Source of the DNA: a bacterium
Lineage (GTDB): Bacteria; UBA8248
Reading direction: 5' to 3'
Assembly (NCBI GenBank): GCA_965261085.1
Contig: OZ253442.1
Span: forward strand, 1,952,001-2,016,000
DNA: 64,000 nt
Part shown: piece by piece, positions 35,365-45,267 of the stretch
How the letters are laid out: each line of letters starts with the position of its first letter
How positions within the stretch are numbered: the first letter of the stretch is position 1
Position numbers and translations under genes: made by a program
Notes under the pieces: generated by a model
Seen by the model: only the letters and a program-made list of their open reading frames with translations
The model's database searches: none
What the model was told of the DNA's origin: nothing

Positions 35365-36867
35365 CTATCTGGAGTTCGCCCTCGGGTTCATGGCGTCGCG
35401 CAGGCCCTCGCCGAAGAGGTTGAAGGCGAGCATGACGATGAGTATCGCAAAACCCGGGATGAAGGTGAGCCAGGGGGCGTCGAAGATGTATTTCTTCCCG
35501 TCCGAGAAGATGTTCCCCCAACTCGCCTGGGGCGGCGGAACGCCGAAGCCGAGAAAACTCAGGCTCGCTTCGGTGAGAATCGCGCCCGCGATTCCGATGG
35601 TGGCCGAGACCAGCACGGGCGCCATCGAATTGGGGATCAAGTAGCGGAAGATGATGAGCCTGTCCGAACCGCCCGTGGCGCGCGCGGACTCCACAAAGGG
35701 CTGTTCCCTCAGCGAGAGCACCTCCGCGCGCACGAAACGCGCAGGCCCCACCCAGCCGAGGACGCCGATGACCACCATGATGATCCAGATGTTGGGCGTC
35801 ACGAGGGCCAGGATGGTGAGCAGCACGAAAAACGAGGGGAACGAAAGCTGCACGTCCACGATGGTGGTGTAGATGATGTCCACCTTGGGCAGCCGGAATT
35901 TATGAAGAAGCGTGGTGACGTCGAATCTCTGGTAGAAATAAACGCAAACCACGGCGCCTGAGAGACTCAGCCACAGGTGCGCGGCATGGCCCGGATAGGC
36001 GAGGTAGAGGCCCGAGAGCAAGAGGAGAAAATAGATGGCTCCCCCGCCCGTGATAGCGCTTAGGGAAACGCCGTCCGCCGCGCTTTCCTCCGCGTTTCTG
36101 CCCTGCGCCCCGCCGAAGGCGGCGAGCGTTACGAGACAGGCCAAGCCTAAGAATCCTTCTTTCCAATAGGGCGTGCGCACCTGAAGACCGAAATCAGATG
36201 CGAAGCCGCTGAACTCGAAAGGCTCGAACGCGCCGAGCGCAAGTCCTAAGAGCGCGCCGAAGATCATGCCCTCCAGGAACAGCGAGCGGCCGCCGCGGCG
36301 CACCGATAGCCCCAGACCTGCGCCCGTCATGGAAAACAGCAGCGTCAGGAACCCTAACTCGTTCCACACGGCGTAGCCCGCGAGACCGGCGCCGATGAAG
36401 CCGAACAGGGGCGCGCCGCTTGGCTTGATCTCTCCGTAAAACCCGGCGATCCCGCCTATCGCGACTCCCAGAAACGTGGCGATGCCGATGGCTACGAAGC
36501 CCACCGACATCGAGATGAAGGTGCCCTCGAGCATTCTGGCGAACACGTCGCGGCCCAGATCATCCGTGCCGAACACGTAAATCCCCAGGCGCGGGAGGTT
36601 TTCCCTGGGGATCTCCCCCACCTTCGGGGCGGAGAGGGGGGCTTTCAGCTTGTCCGGCAGGCGCACGACGTTGGCGTCGAACATCGGCTCGCTCATGAGG
36701 GCGGAATTGACGAAGCCGAGCGCCGCCAGCGCGAAGAAGAAGGCCAGCACGCCGCCGCCCACCATCGCCATCCGGTTTCGCTGGAGATGCCGCCATACGC
36801 GCTGGCCGGGGGTGAGTTCTTCCCCCATCTCCTCAATCATCTCGCGCATATCTAGTGTTTCGTTCAC
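35365..36867 (-). CDS. Peptide/nickel ABC transporter permease (OppC/DppC-like) with a long hydrophobic insertion
   Basis: FGTDDLGRDV, FVESARATG, EASLSFLGFG and FNLFGEGLRD motifs. Confidence 0.9.
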   Translation of the reverse strand: MNETLDMREMIEEMGEELTPGQRVWRHLQRNRMAMVGGGVLAFFFALAALGFVNSALMSEPMFDANVVRLPDKLKAPLSAPKVGEIPRENLPRLGIYVFGTDDLGRDVFARMLEGTFISMSVGFVAIGIATFLGVAIGGIAGFYGEIKPSGAPLFGFIGAGLAGYAVWNELGFLTLLFSMTGAGLGLSVRRGGRSLFLEGMIFGALLGLALGAFEPFEFSGFASDFGLQVRTPYWKEGFLGLACLVTLAAFGGAQGRNAEESAADGVSLSAITGGGAIYFLLLLSGLYLAYPGHAAHLWLSLSGAVVCVYFYQRFDVTTLLHKFRLPKVDIIYTTIVDVQLSFPSFFVLLTILALVTPNIWIIMVVIGVLGWVGPARFVRAEVLSLREQPFVESARATGGSDRLIIFRYLIPNSMAPVLVSATIGIAGAILTEASLSFLGFGVPPPQASWGNIFSDGKKYIFDAPWLTFIPGFAILIVMLAFNLFGEGLRDAMNPRANSR

Positions 36868-37859
36868 AGGCGGATCCTCGGGTCGACGATGACGAGCAGG
36901 ATGTCGGATATAAAGGTGCCGATAACGACCAGGATGGCGGAGATGAAGTTCAGGCTTAATATCACCGGATAATCCCGCGCCAGCACGGCCTCGAAGCCCA
37001 GGCGGCCCATGCCGGGCCACGCAAAAATGTTCTCGATGATGACCGAGCCGCCGATCAGCCCCGGCAGGATGAGGCCGAACATGGTGACGAAGGGCAGCGC
37101 CGCGTTTCTCAAGACGTGCACGTAGTTCACGGTGTTCTCATCCAGCCCCTTGGAGTGGGCCGTGCGGATGAAGTCCGAATCCACCACCTCTATCATCTGT
37201 CCGCGAACGTAACGTGAAAGCACGGCGATGCCGCCGACCGCGCCCACGAGGCTGGGCAGCACCAGATGCCAGATGCGGTCGTTGATTCTGAACAGGGGAG
37301 AGGAGTCGCCCCGGCCGAAGGTCTCGATTCCCAGGACGGAAACTTCCAGGCCCGGCACGCGGTAGTCGACGAAGGGCAGCGTGAATCCCTGAACCACGGC
37401 GATGATGAGGATGTAGGCGAGAAAAAAGCTCGGCATCGAGATCATGAGATAACTCATGAAGGTGGTGGAGCGGTCGAAAAAGGTGTAGCGCCGCAGTGCG
37501 CCCGCGATTCCCAGCGGAAACGAGAGGCACCAGGTGATGATGGTGCCTACGATGAACAGGGGCAGGCTGATCAGGAAGCGCCGCCATATTTTCCCGAAAA
37601 CGGGCTGGTTGTCCTTTAGGCTCGTGAGCTCGCCGGTGAAGAATTTCTTGTAAAAGAGCCAGTATTGCACCGGAAGCGGCTTGTCGAGATCGAAGGCGGC
37701 GCGGTAGCGCGCGAGGTCTTCTTGCGTGAAGCGCGGGTTCAAGGGGTCGATCTGGCTCGGCTCCCCGGGCGCCAGGTGAATGATGAGAAAACTCACGATC
37801 GAGATGATGAAGAGCGTCACTAGCTTGAACAGCGTCGTGCGGATGATGTAGGCGCCCAT
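36864..37859 (-). CDS. Peptide ABC transporter permease (OppB/DppB-like)
   Basis: HLAPG.P, LDKPLPVQY, DFIRTA.SKGL, IF.WPGMG and RDYP motifs. Confidence 0.92.
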   Translation of the reverse strand: MGAYIIRTTLFKLVTLFIISIVSFLIIHLAPGEPSQIDPLNPRFTQEDLARYRAAFDLDKPLPVQYWLFYKKFFTGELTSLKDNQPVFGKIWRRFLISLPLFIVGTIITWCLSFPLGIAGALRRYTFFDRSTTFMSYLMISMPSFFLAYILIIAVVQGFTLPFVDYRVPGLEVSVLGIETFGRGDSSPLFRINDRIWHLVLPSLVGAVGGIAVLSRYVRGQMIEVVDSDFIRTAHSKGLDENTVNYVHVLRNAALPFVTMFGLILPGLIGGSVIIENIFAWPGMGRLGFEAVLARDYPVILSLNFISAILVVIGTFISDILLVIVDPRIRL

Positions 37860-37860
37860 T

Positions 37861-39936
37861 TTAGTTCTCGAATTGGGGGATTCGGGGGAACTTGATCCAT
37901 TCGTTGAAATCGAAGGAGTAGCTTCCCGTGATGGTGGAGCGGATTTTCTGCGGGCGTATTTTTCCGTCTCTCAAGCGTCTGGCGATGGCGATTTTTCTGT
38001 CGAGCAGCGCCGTCCATTTGCCGACGTACAGGAACGTGTAGGGCTGATCCGCGGCGATGATGCGGTGGAGCGCATGCGCCTGGCGAACCTGCGTCGCGAG
38101 GTCGTATTCCTGGCGGATCTTGATGATGAGCTCATCGGCCTTGGGATTTTTGTAGCCCACGAAATTGAGCTGGCCCTTGTTCGTCTGGCTCGAATGCCAG
38201 ATCTGGTAGAGGTCGGGGTCCAAACCCATGCTCCAGCCGAGGACGACCGCGTCGAAATTGAGCTGGTTGACGTGCTTTCGGATGAACACGGCCCACTCGA
38301 CTTGCGAGAAAGTGATTTTTACGCCGATCTTCTTCCAGGAGTCCTGCACCACGGTGCCGACGGCGCGCCTGATCTCGTTGCCGTGGTTCGTCATCAGGTT
38401 GAAGGCCAGGGGCTTGCCGTTTTTCATCAGGATTCCGTCTTTTTTCTTGAATCCCGCCTCGTGCAGCAAACGCACCGCCCTCTTAGGGTCGTAGGGCAGG
38501 GGTTTGATTTTTTTGTTGTAATGCGGGCCTTGTTTCACGAACGGGCCGGTAATGTCCTCGGCCTCGCCGTTCAGCACGTAGCGGTGAATCTGTTTGGTGT
38601 TCACCGCCAGCCCCAGCGCGCGGCGCACGCGCGCGTCCTGAAACGGCCAGCGCCGGTGGTTGTAGCCGACGTAGGTGAACCCGAAGCCGAGGCCCGAGAA
38701 CACCTGGAACCTCGGGTCTTTCTTGAGCCGCTCGACCTGATGGGCGCCTGCTCCGTAGCGGTCCACGGTGCCCGCGTAGAAGGTAATCTCCTGCGTGAGG
38801 GGGTCGGGCAGGATTCTGTAGACATATTCGTGGTATTCGGGCGGCCCCTCCCAGTAGTCCTCGTTCCGCGCGAGCCGGATGAGTTCGTCCGAGCGCCATT
38901 CCTTGAAGACGAACGGCCCCGTGCCGACGGGTTTTCTGTTGAACGCGCTGTCGCGCAGGCTGAAAGTCTTTGAGTCTTTGCCCTTGCTCTTGGCTTCTTG
39001 GGCGAGCTTTTGGGCGTTCAGTAGATGCTCGGGCAGCATCCCCATGGCCCAGGTGCCGAAAGCGGGGGAGTAGAGACGCTTGTAGGTGACTTTTACGGTG
39101 AACCTGTCGGGCGTCTCCACGCGCTTGACGGGTTCGTAATCGGGCACCCTCGGGGAGAGGTTTTTGGGATTGATGATCGCATTATAGGTGAAGCGCACGT
39201 CGCCCGAGTCGAATTCGTGGCCGTCGTGGAAGCGCACGCCGCGTCTGAGCTGGAAGATGATGACGGGGTTGTGCTCGGTGAGAATCACGCGCCGCGCGGC
39301 GGCAGGACGCAGTTTTTCGGGCAGTTTGGTCTTGACGTAGCGAGCGGGGTCTTTGGCGATGCCGTTTTTCCCGAGCCACTTTTCAAGGTGTTTGAACAAG
39401 TCCTGATCCACGTTCTTGAGCGTCATCTTCACGCGCTCGGGATAGGCGATGACGACCTCTTTGCGGCCCGGTTTTTTCTTCCCCTTGGGCGGCGGGGTGC
39501 GAATGGCGGTTTTCTGCTCGGCGGGAGGGCTAACCTCGATTTTTTCGATGTTTTTAAGCCACGCGGCTTCGCCAACGTCGCGCGCCCGCGCGATGCGCGC
39601 CGCCAGGGCCTTGGCGCCCGGGCCCTCGGGGTGGGGCACGAAGAACGCTTCTTCGTAGATTTCCCAAGAGGTGGCCAGCCGGCCCCGATAGGAGAGGTCG
39701 CGATCCCTGTCGATGAGGCCCTCGAATATCTGGTCGACGATGTCGCCGCTCGCCGTGTCGGCATGAAGAATGGGGTTCAGGATTTGGGCGTCGCCGATGG
39801 AGCCGGTGATGAACTGGCGGAGGCGCTCATCGCCTCCCTTGGTCTGGTCGGAAAACGTCGGTACCCAGAAGTAGGACTGAAACAAGACGGCCGCGATGAG
39901 AATGGGAAGCAACAGCAGGAGGCGCTTGATCAGCAT
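37861..39936 (-). CDS. Peptide ABC transporter substrate-binding protein (family 5)
   Basis: LRRGVRFHDG..F...DV.FT, PVGTGPF and F.D.RVRRAL motifs. Confidence 0.9.
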   Translation of the reverse strand: MLIKRLLLLLPILIAAVLFQSYFWVPTFSDQTKGGDERLRQFITGSIGDAQILNPILHADTASGDIVDQIFEGLIDRDRDLSYRGRLATSWEIYEEAFFVPHPEGPGAKALAARIARARDVGEAAWLKNIEKIEVSPPAEQKTAIRTPPPKGKKKPGRKEVVIAYPERVKMTLKNVDQDLFKHLEKWLGKNGIAKDPARYVKTKLPEKLRPAAARRVILTEHNPVIIFQLRRGVRFHDGHEFDSGDVRFTYNAIINPKNLSPRVPDYEPVKRVETPDRFTVKVTYKRLYSPAFGTWAMGMLPEHLLNAQKLAQEAKSKGKDSKTFSLRDSAFNRKPVGTGPFVFKEWRSDELIRLARNEDYWEGPPEYHEYVYRILPDPLTQEITFYAGTVDRYGAGAHQVERLKKDPRFQVFSGLGFGFTYVGYNHRRWPFQDARVRRALGLAVNTKQIHRYVLNGEAEDITGPFVKQGPHYNKKIKPLPYDPKRAVRLLHEAGFKKKDGILMKNGKPLAFNLMTNHGNEIRRAVGTVVQDSWKKIGVKITFSQVEWAVFIRKHVNQLNFDAVVLGWSMGLDPDLYQIWHSSQTNKGQLNFVGYKNPKADELIIKIRQEYDLATQVRQAHALHRIIAADQPYTFLYVGKWTALLDRKIAIARRLRDGKIRPQKIRSTITGSYSFDFNEWIKFPRIPQFEN

Positions 39937-39982
39937 CGTCGGCCCTCAGCGCGCGCGAACAGCGGAACCAGTCTCGCCCGCC

Positions 39983-40291
39983 CTATTTCTTCACCGGGGC
40001 GGCGGGTTTCGCAGGCGCGGCCCTCACCGGTGCGGCGGGCACTATCGAGGCGCCCTCATTGGCGTTATGCGAGCCGATGTAGGTGAGCATAAGCGAGGTC
40101 ACCATGAAGAGAACGGCTGCGCCGGTCGTGAGCTTGCTCAGAAAGTTCACGGGTCCCCGCGCGCCGAACATCGTATCGCTCGATCCGCCGAAAGCGGCGC
40201 CCATACCGCCGCCTTTTCCCGCCTGGAGAAGTACGGAGAGGATCAGGCAAAGCGCTACGGCCACATGCAAAACGGTCAATACTATCGTCAT
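39983..40291 (-). CDS. secG: Preprotein translocase subunit SecG
   Basis: VLLQ.GKGGGMGAAFGG...FL.KLT motif; follows tpiA. Confidence 0.93.
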   Translation of the reverse strand: MTIVLTVLHVAVALCLILSVLLQAGKGGGMGAAFGGSSDTMFGARGPVNFLSKLTTGAAVLFMVTSLMLTYIGSHNANEGASIVPAAPVRAAPAKPAAPVKK

Positions 40292-40304
40292 TTTCTCACT
40301 CTTT

Positions 40305-41087
40305 TCATGTTTGTCCCGAACTTATCCGGGCCGCGCGGATGATTTTCAGAAAATCTTCGCCCTTCAGACTCGCTCCGCCGATGAGACCCCCATCGATGTC
40401 GGGTTGCGAGAACAACTCCGCGGCATTATCCGGTTTCACGCTACCGCCGTATAAGATACGCGTTTCTTGCGCGCATTCCAAGCCGAAAACTCCCTCGAGC
40501 CGCTCGCGGATGAAGGCGTGCGCCTCCTGGGCCTGCCCGGGCGTGGCCGTGAGGCCCGTGCCGATGGCCCACACGGGTTCATACGCGATGATGAGGCCGC
40601 CGGCGGGAGGGGAGGTGAACGCGCCCTGGATCGAGAGTTCCACCTGATGGGCGATGCGCGCGAGCGTGGTCCCGGCCCGTCTCGTGGAAAACGGCTCCCC
40701 GAGGCAGATGATCGGCACGAGACCGCCCGCGCTCGCCGCCGCCGCCTTGCGGGCGATGAGGGCGTCTCCTTCTCCCATTATCTCGCGCCTTTCGCTGTGC
40801 CCGAGAATAACGTGGGTCGCACCCGCATCCTTGAGCATCAAGACGCTCACCTCGCCAGTGTAGGCGCCATCGGGGTGATGGGAGCAGTTTTGCCCGGCGA
40901 CGCCGACAGCGCTACCTGACACCGCCTCCGTCACCGCCGAAAGGGCGAGATACGGGGGACCCAGGAGGACGTCCACGCCGGAGAAGTTCTCCTCCGCGAC
41001 GCCCTGGGCCACCTCGCGCGCGAGCGTTCGCGCCTCGTCAATCGTCTTGTTCATCTTCCAGTTGCCGGCCACGAGGGCGCGCCGCAT
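40305..41087 (-). CDS. tpiA: Triosephosphate isomerase
   Basis: AGNWKMN, GHSERR, AYEPVWAIGTG and YGGSV motifs. Confidence 0.97.
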   Translation of the reverse strand: MRRALVAGNWKMNKTIDEARTLAREVAQGVAEENFSGVDVLLGPPYLALSAVTEAVSGSAVGVAGQNCSHHPDGAYTGEVSVLMLKDAGATHVILGHSERREIMGEGDALIARKAAAASAGGLVPIICLGEPFSTRRAGTTLARIAHQVELSIQGAFTSPPAGGLIIAYEPVWAIGTGLTATPGQAQEAHAFIRERLEGVFGLECAQETRILYGGSVKPDNAAELFSQPDIDGGLIGGASLKGEDFLKIIRAARISSGQT

Positions 41088-41117
41088 CGTGAGTTCCTCT
41101 TTTTCTTTTCGGGATTT

Positions 41118-42341
41118 TTAGTGCTTGTCCGTCAGACAGGCGAGGCCGGGAAGCTCCTTGCCCTCGAGCAGTTCCAGGAAGGCGCCGCCGCCCGTGCTGA
41201 TGTATGAAATGCGGCGCGATTCCCCCGCCGCGTGAACGGCCACGTCCGTATCGCCGCCGCCCACTATCGTCAGCGCGTAGGAATTCGCCACGTGGTTCAC
41301 CATGGCGTAGGTGCCGCGCGAGAAGGCATCCACCTCGAACACGCCCATCGGACCGTTCCAGATGATGGTTTTCGCGTCCTGGAGCACCTCGCCGAACAAA
41401 GTGGTGCTCGCGGGTCCGATGTCGAGCGCGTACCAGTCCTCGGGCACTTCCTGCGCGGGCACCACCTTGGTTTCCGCCGAGGCCTCGAACTTGTCCGCGA
41501 TCACGTAGTCGCTGGGAAGGTAGAACTTCACCTCCAACTCCTGCGCCTTGTTCATGATCGAGCGCGCCGTGTCCACCATGTGCTCCTCGACCAGGCTGTT
41601 TCCCATCTCGTAGCCCAGCGCGCGATGGAAGGTGCCCGCCATGCCGCCTCCGATGATGATCTTGTCCATTTTTGGGAGAATGCGCTCGACGATGCCGATT
41701 TTCGCGCTCGCCTTCGCGCCGCCGAGAATCGCCACCACGGGGCGCATCGGGTTGTTCACCGCGCCGCTTAAGTAGCTCACTTCCTTGATCATCAGAAAAC
41801 CGGCGCCGGCGGGATTCAGGAACTTCGTGATCGCCGACATCGAAGCATGGTGGCGGTGGGCGTTGCCGAACGCATCGCCGATGTAGACATCGGCCAGGGA
41901 GGCGAGCTTTTGGGCGAACTTCTCGTCGTTTTTCTCCTCTCCCGGATGAAAGCGGAGGTTCTCCAGCAGGAGAACCTCGCCGGCTTTCATCTCCTCCACC
42001 ATGCCCCTGGTATCTGCTCCCGTGCAGGTGAGTGCTAAGGGACATTCCTTCTCCAGCAGCCGGGCCAGGCGTTTTGCGACCGGGGCGAGGGAGCTTTTCG
42101 CTTCGAACCTTCCCTTGGGCCGGCCGAGATGGGAGCCGATGACGACCCGCGCTCCCTCATCCAGAAGATAGTTGATGGTGGGCAGGGCGGCTCTGATGCG
42201 GGCGTCGTCGATGATGTGCCCTTGATCGTCGAGCGGCACGTTGAAATCGACGCGCAGGAAAACCCGCTTGCCCGCGACGTCGATATCCTCGACGCCGAGT
42301 TTCGGGTCACCGTTTTCAATGTTGCTCGTGATTGTCCCCAT
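41118..42341 (-). CDS. pgk: Phosphoglycerate kinase
   Basis: RVDFNVP, SHLGRP, LLENLRF, WNGPMGVFE and STGGGA motifs. Confidence 0.97.
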   Translation of the reverse strand: MGTITSNIENGDPKLGVEDIDVAGKRVFLRVDFNVPLDDQGHIIDDARIRAALPTINYLLDEGARVVIGSHLGRPKGRFEAKSSLAPVAKRLARLLEKECPLALTCTGADTRGMVEEMKAGEVLLLENLRFHPGEEKNDEKFAQKLASLADVYIGDAFGNAHRHHASMSAITKFLNPAGAGFLMIKEVSYLSGAVNNPMRPVVAILGGAKASAKIGIVERILPKMDKIIIGGGMAGTFHRALGYEMGNSLVEEHMVDTARSIMNKAQELEVKFYLPSDYVIADKFEASAETKVVPAQEVPEDWYALDIGPASTTLFGEVLQDAKTIIWNGPMGVFEVDAFSRGTYAMVNHVANSYALTIVGGGDTDVAVHAAGESRRISYISTGGGAFLELLEGKELPGLACLTDKH

Positions 42342-42355
42342 TACACCTAAGCCTC

Positions 42356-43387
<1,032 letters not shown>

Positions 43388-43548
43388 TTAGGGGATATGA
43401 ATAATAGTTTCGTTCTGGCTTTACGGGCGTCCATTGACTCCTGCGGGGTCGAATTCTACCCGATACGATGGGCGGCTCCAAGTGCGCCCGGAGGTTTTTT
43501 CCTCCCTCATGTCCTGTAATGCTCCCTGGAGGCGAGAAAAGCCGAAAA

Positions 43549-45267
43549 TTATTTTTTTCTTTTTTGTTTTCGGGTCGCATCCTCATCGATTTCAAAGCCC
43601 GGCGCTTTTCCCAGAACCACGCCGTAGACCGCCTCCGCCGCCTTAGGGGAGACGAAGCCGCGTAAAACGTCGGCCCGCACGTCCTTAGGCTCGCGCTCCC
43701 TGGGGTCGCCCCATCCGCCGCCGCCGGGGGTGGAGACGCGAATCGCATCGCCGCTCGCAAACGCCGTGGACGCGCCGACCGCGGGCGCCTGCGCGCTCTT
43801 TTTCCCGGAGAGGTGGCGCATTTCATACGGCTTTCCGGGCGATGCGCCTGCGCCGCCTGCGGGGCCCGCCTCAGCACTTCCCGCAGCGCTCGCCGATACG
43901 CCGTCGATGAGCATGCGGTATTCCCGAAAAACGCCCAGGCCGCCGCGCCGCGCGCCCGCGCCGCCCGAGTCCTGCGCCAGCCCCATCGACTCGACCCTCA
44001 CCGGATAACGCGCCTCCATCACCTCGACGGGCATGCCGCCGGTCGCGCCGAGCGGGGGAACGGCGGATGCCCCGTCCCCCTCCATGTGCGCGCCCGCGCC
44101 TGCGCCCAGGGCTTCTCTCAGCAGGTGAAAGCCGCCTTTTTCGTCATGTCCCCAAAAGCTGAGCGTTCTCAGGTTGTCGAAGCCGGTGGGCGTGCGTCCG
44201 CCCGATGCCTCGAAGAGCGCCTCGCCGAACGCCGAGAGCAACTTTCCGAGAGTGAGCGCTCTTAAGCCCGTCGGCGCTGGGAAGCGGGGAGTGAGTATCG
44301 TGCCGGGTTCGGGCAACTGAACCTGGAACGCCCGCAAGGCCCCATCGTTCAAGGGAACTTCGCTCATGCCGTCCTGAAGGTGGAGCAGCATGGGGGCGAG
44401 GAGTCGGGTCAGGAACTGCGCACCATCACCTTCTAATGGACAGTTGATGGGGCCGCGCGCCTGGGGGGCTGCGTCTAGTCCGATATGCAGGGCGTCTGTG
44501 CGCCGCGTGAGCGTGAGCGTGAGTTCATGGGGGCCGTTTACGCCGTCTGATTCGACAGCGGTGCGGGCCGTCCAGCTTTTTTCGGGAAGCTGCGGGATGA
44601 GCTGGCCGCGAAACGCGAGTTCGCATTCTCTGAGCAAATCGGCGAAACAGGCCGAGAGGTTCTCCGCCCCGTATCTTCGCGTCAAATCCTTGAGCCGCGC
44701 AGCACCGATGCGGAGCGCGCCGAGTTGCGCGTCGATGTCATCGCCCAGTAGATGGGCCTGGCGGCTGTTCCTCATGAGCAGGGTTTTGATGTCCTGTACA
44801 ACCTCATCCCCACGGGCTATCCGCACCGGCGGGATGAGGATGCCCTCGTGATAGCTCTCGCGCGAGCCGACGCTCGCCCCGCCGGGCAGCGCGCCGCCCA
44901 GGTCGTCATGGCGTCCCCTGATCTGCAAAAAGGCGATGAGCGCGCCCTCTGCGAACAGGGGGCGGGTAAGGCACAACTCGGAAGCCTCGCCCAGGCCCGA
45001 AGGCGGCATGTAGGGGTCGTTATGGAGAAAAACGTCGCCCTCGGCCATTTCGGGATACGCGCGGATGATGGGCGCGGGGCCGGTGGCCAGCACCCGCCCG
45101 GTGAGCGCGCGCCCGAAGCGGTCGAACAGGCAGACCGAGAAATCGCCCGCGTCGCGCAGCGAGGGGCTGCGCCAGATGCGCGCGAGGAGGTCTTCGACCT
45201 CTTCTTCGACCGCGCGCAGGGCGCCTGCCAGAATTTCACTCACAATCGGGTTCGCGTTCATCTCCAC
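43549..45267 (-). CDS. Hydantoinase B / oxoprolinase family subunit, divergent
   Basis: HNDPY, D.GG..PG, EG..IPP, SGGAG.RRGG.G and TPGGGGWGDP motifs. Confidence 0.85.
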   Translation of the reverse strand: MEMNANPIVSEILAGALRAVEEEVEDLLARIWRSPSLRDAGDFSVCLFDRFGRALTGRVLATGPAPIIRAYPEMAEGDVFLHNDPYMPPSGLGEASELCLTRPLFAEGALIAFLQIRGRHDDLGGALPGGASVGSRESYHEGILIPPVRIARGDEVVQDIKTLLMRNSRQAHLLGDDIDAQLGALRIGAARLKDLTRRYGAENLSACFADLLRECELAFRGQLIPQLPEKSWTARTAVESDGVNGPHELTLTLTRRTDALHIGLDAAPQARGPINCPLEGDGAQFLTRLLAPMLLHLQDGMSEVPLNDGALRAFQVQLPEPGTILTPRFPAPTGLRALTLGKLLSAFGEALFEASGGRTPTGFDNLRTLSFWGHDEKGGFHLLREALGAGAGAHMEGDGASAVPPLGATGGMPVEVMEARYPVRVESMGLAQDSGGAGARRGGLGVFREYRMLIDGVSASAAGSAEAGPAGGAGASPGKPYEMRHLSGKKSAQAPAVGASTAFASGDAIRVSTPGGGGWGDPREREPKDVRADVLRGFVSPKAAEAVYGVVLGKAPGFEIDEDATRKQKRKK

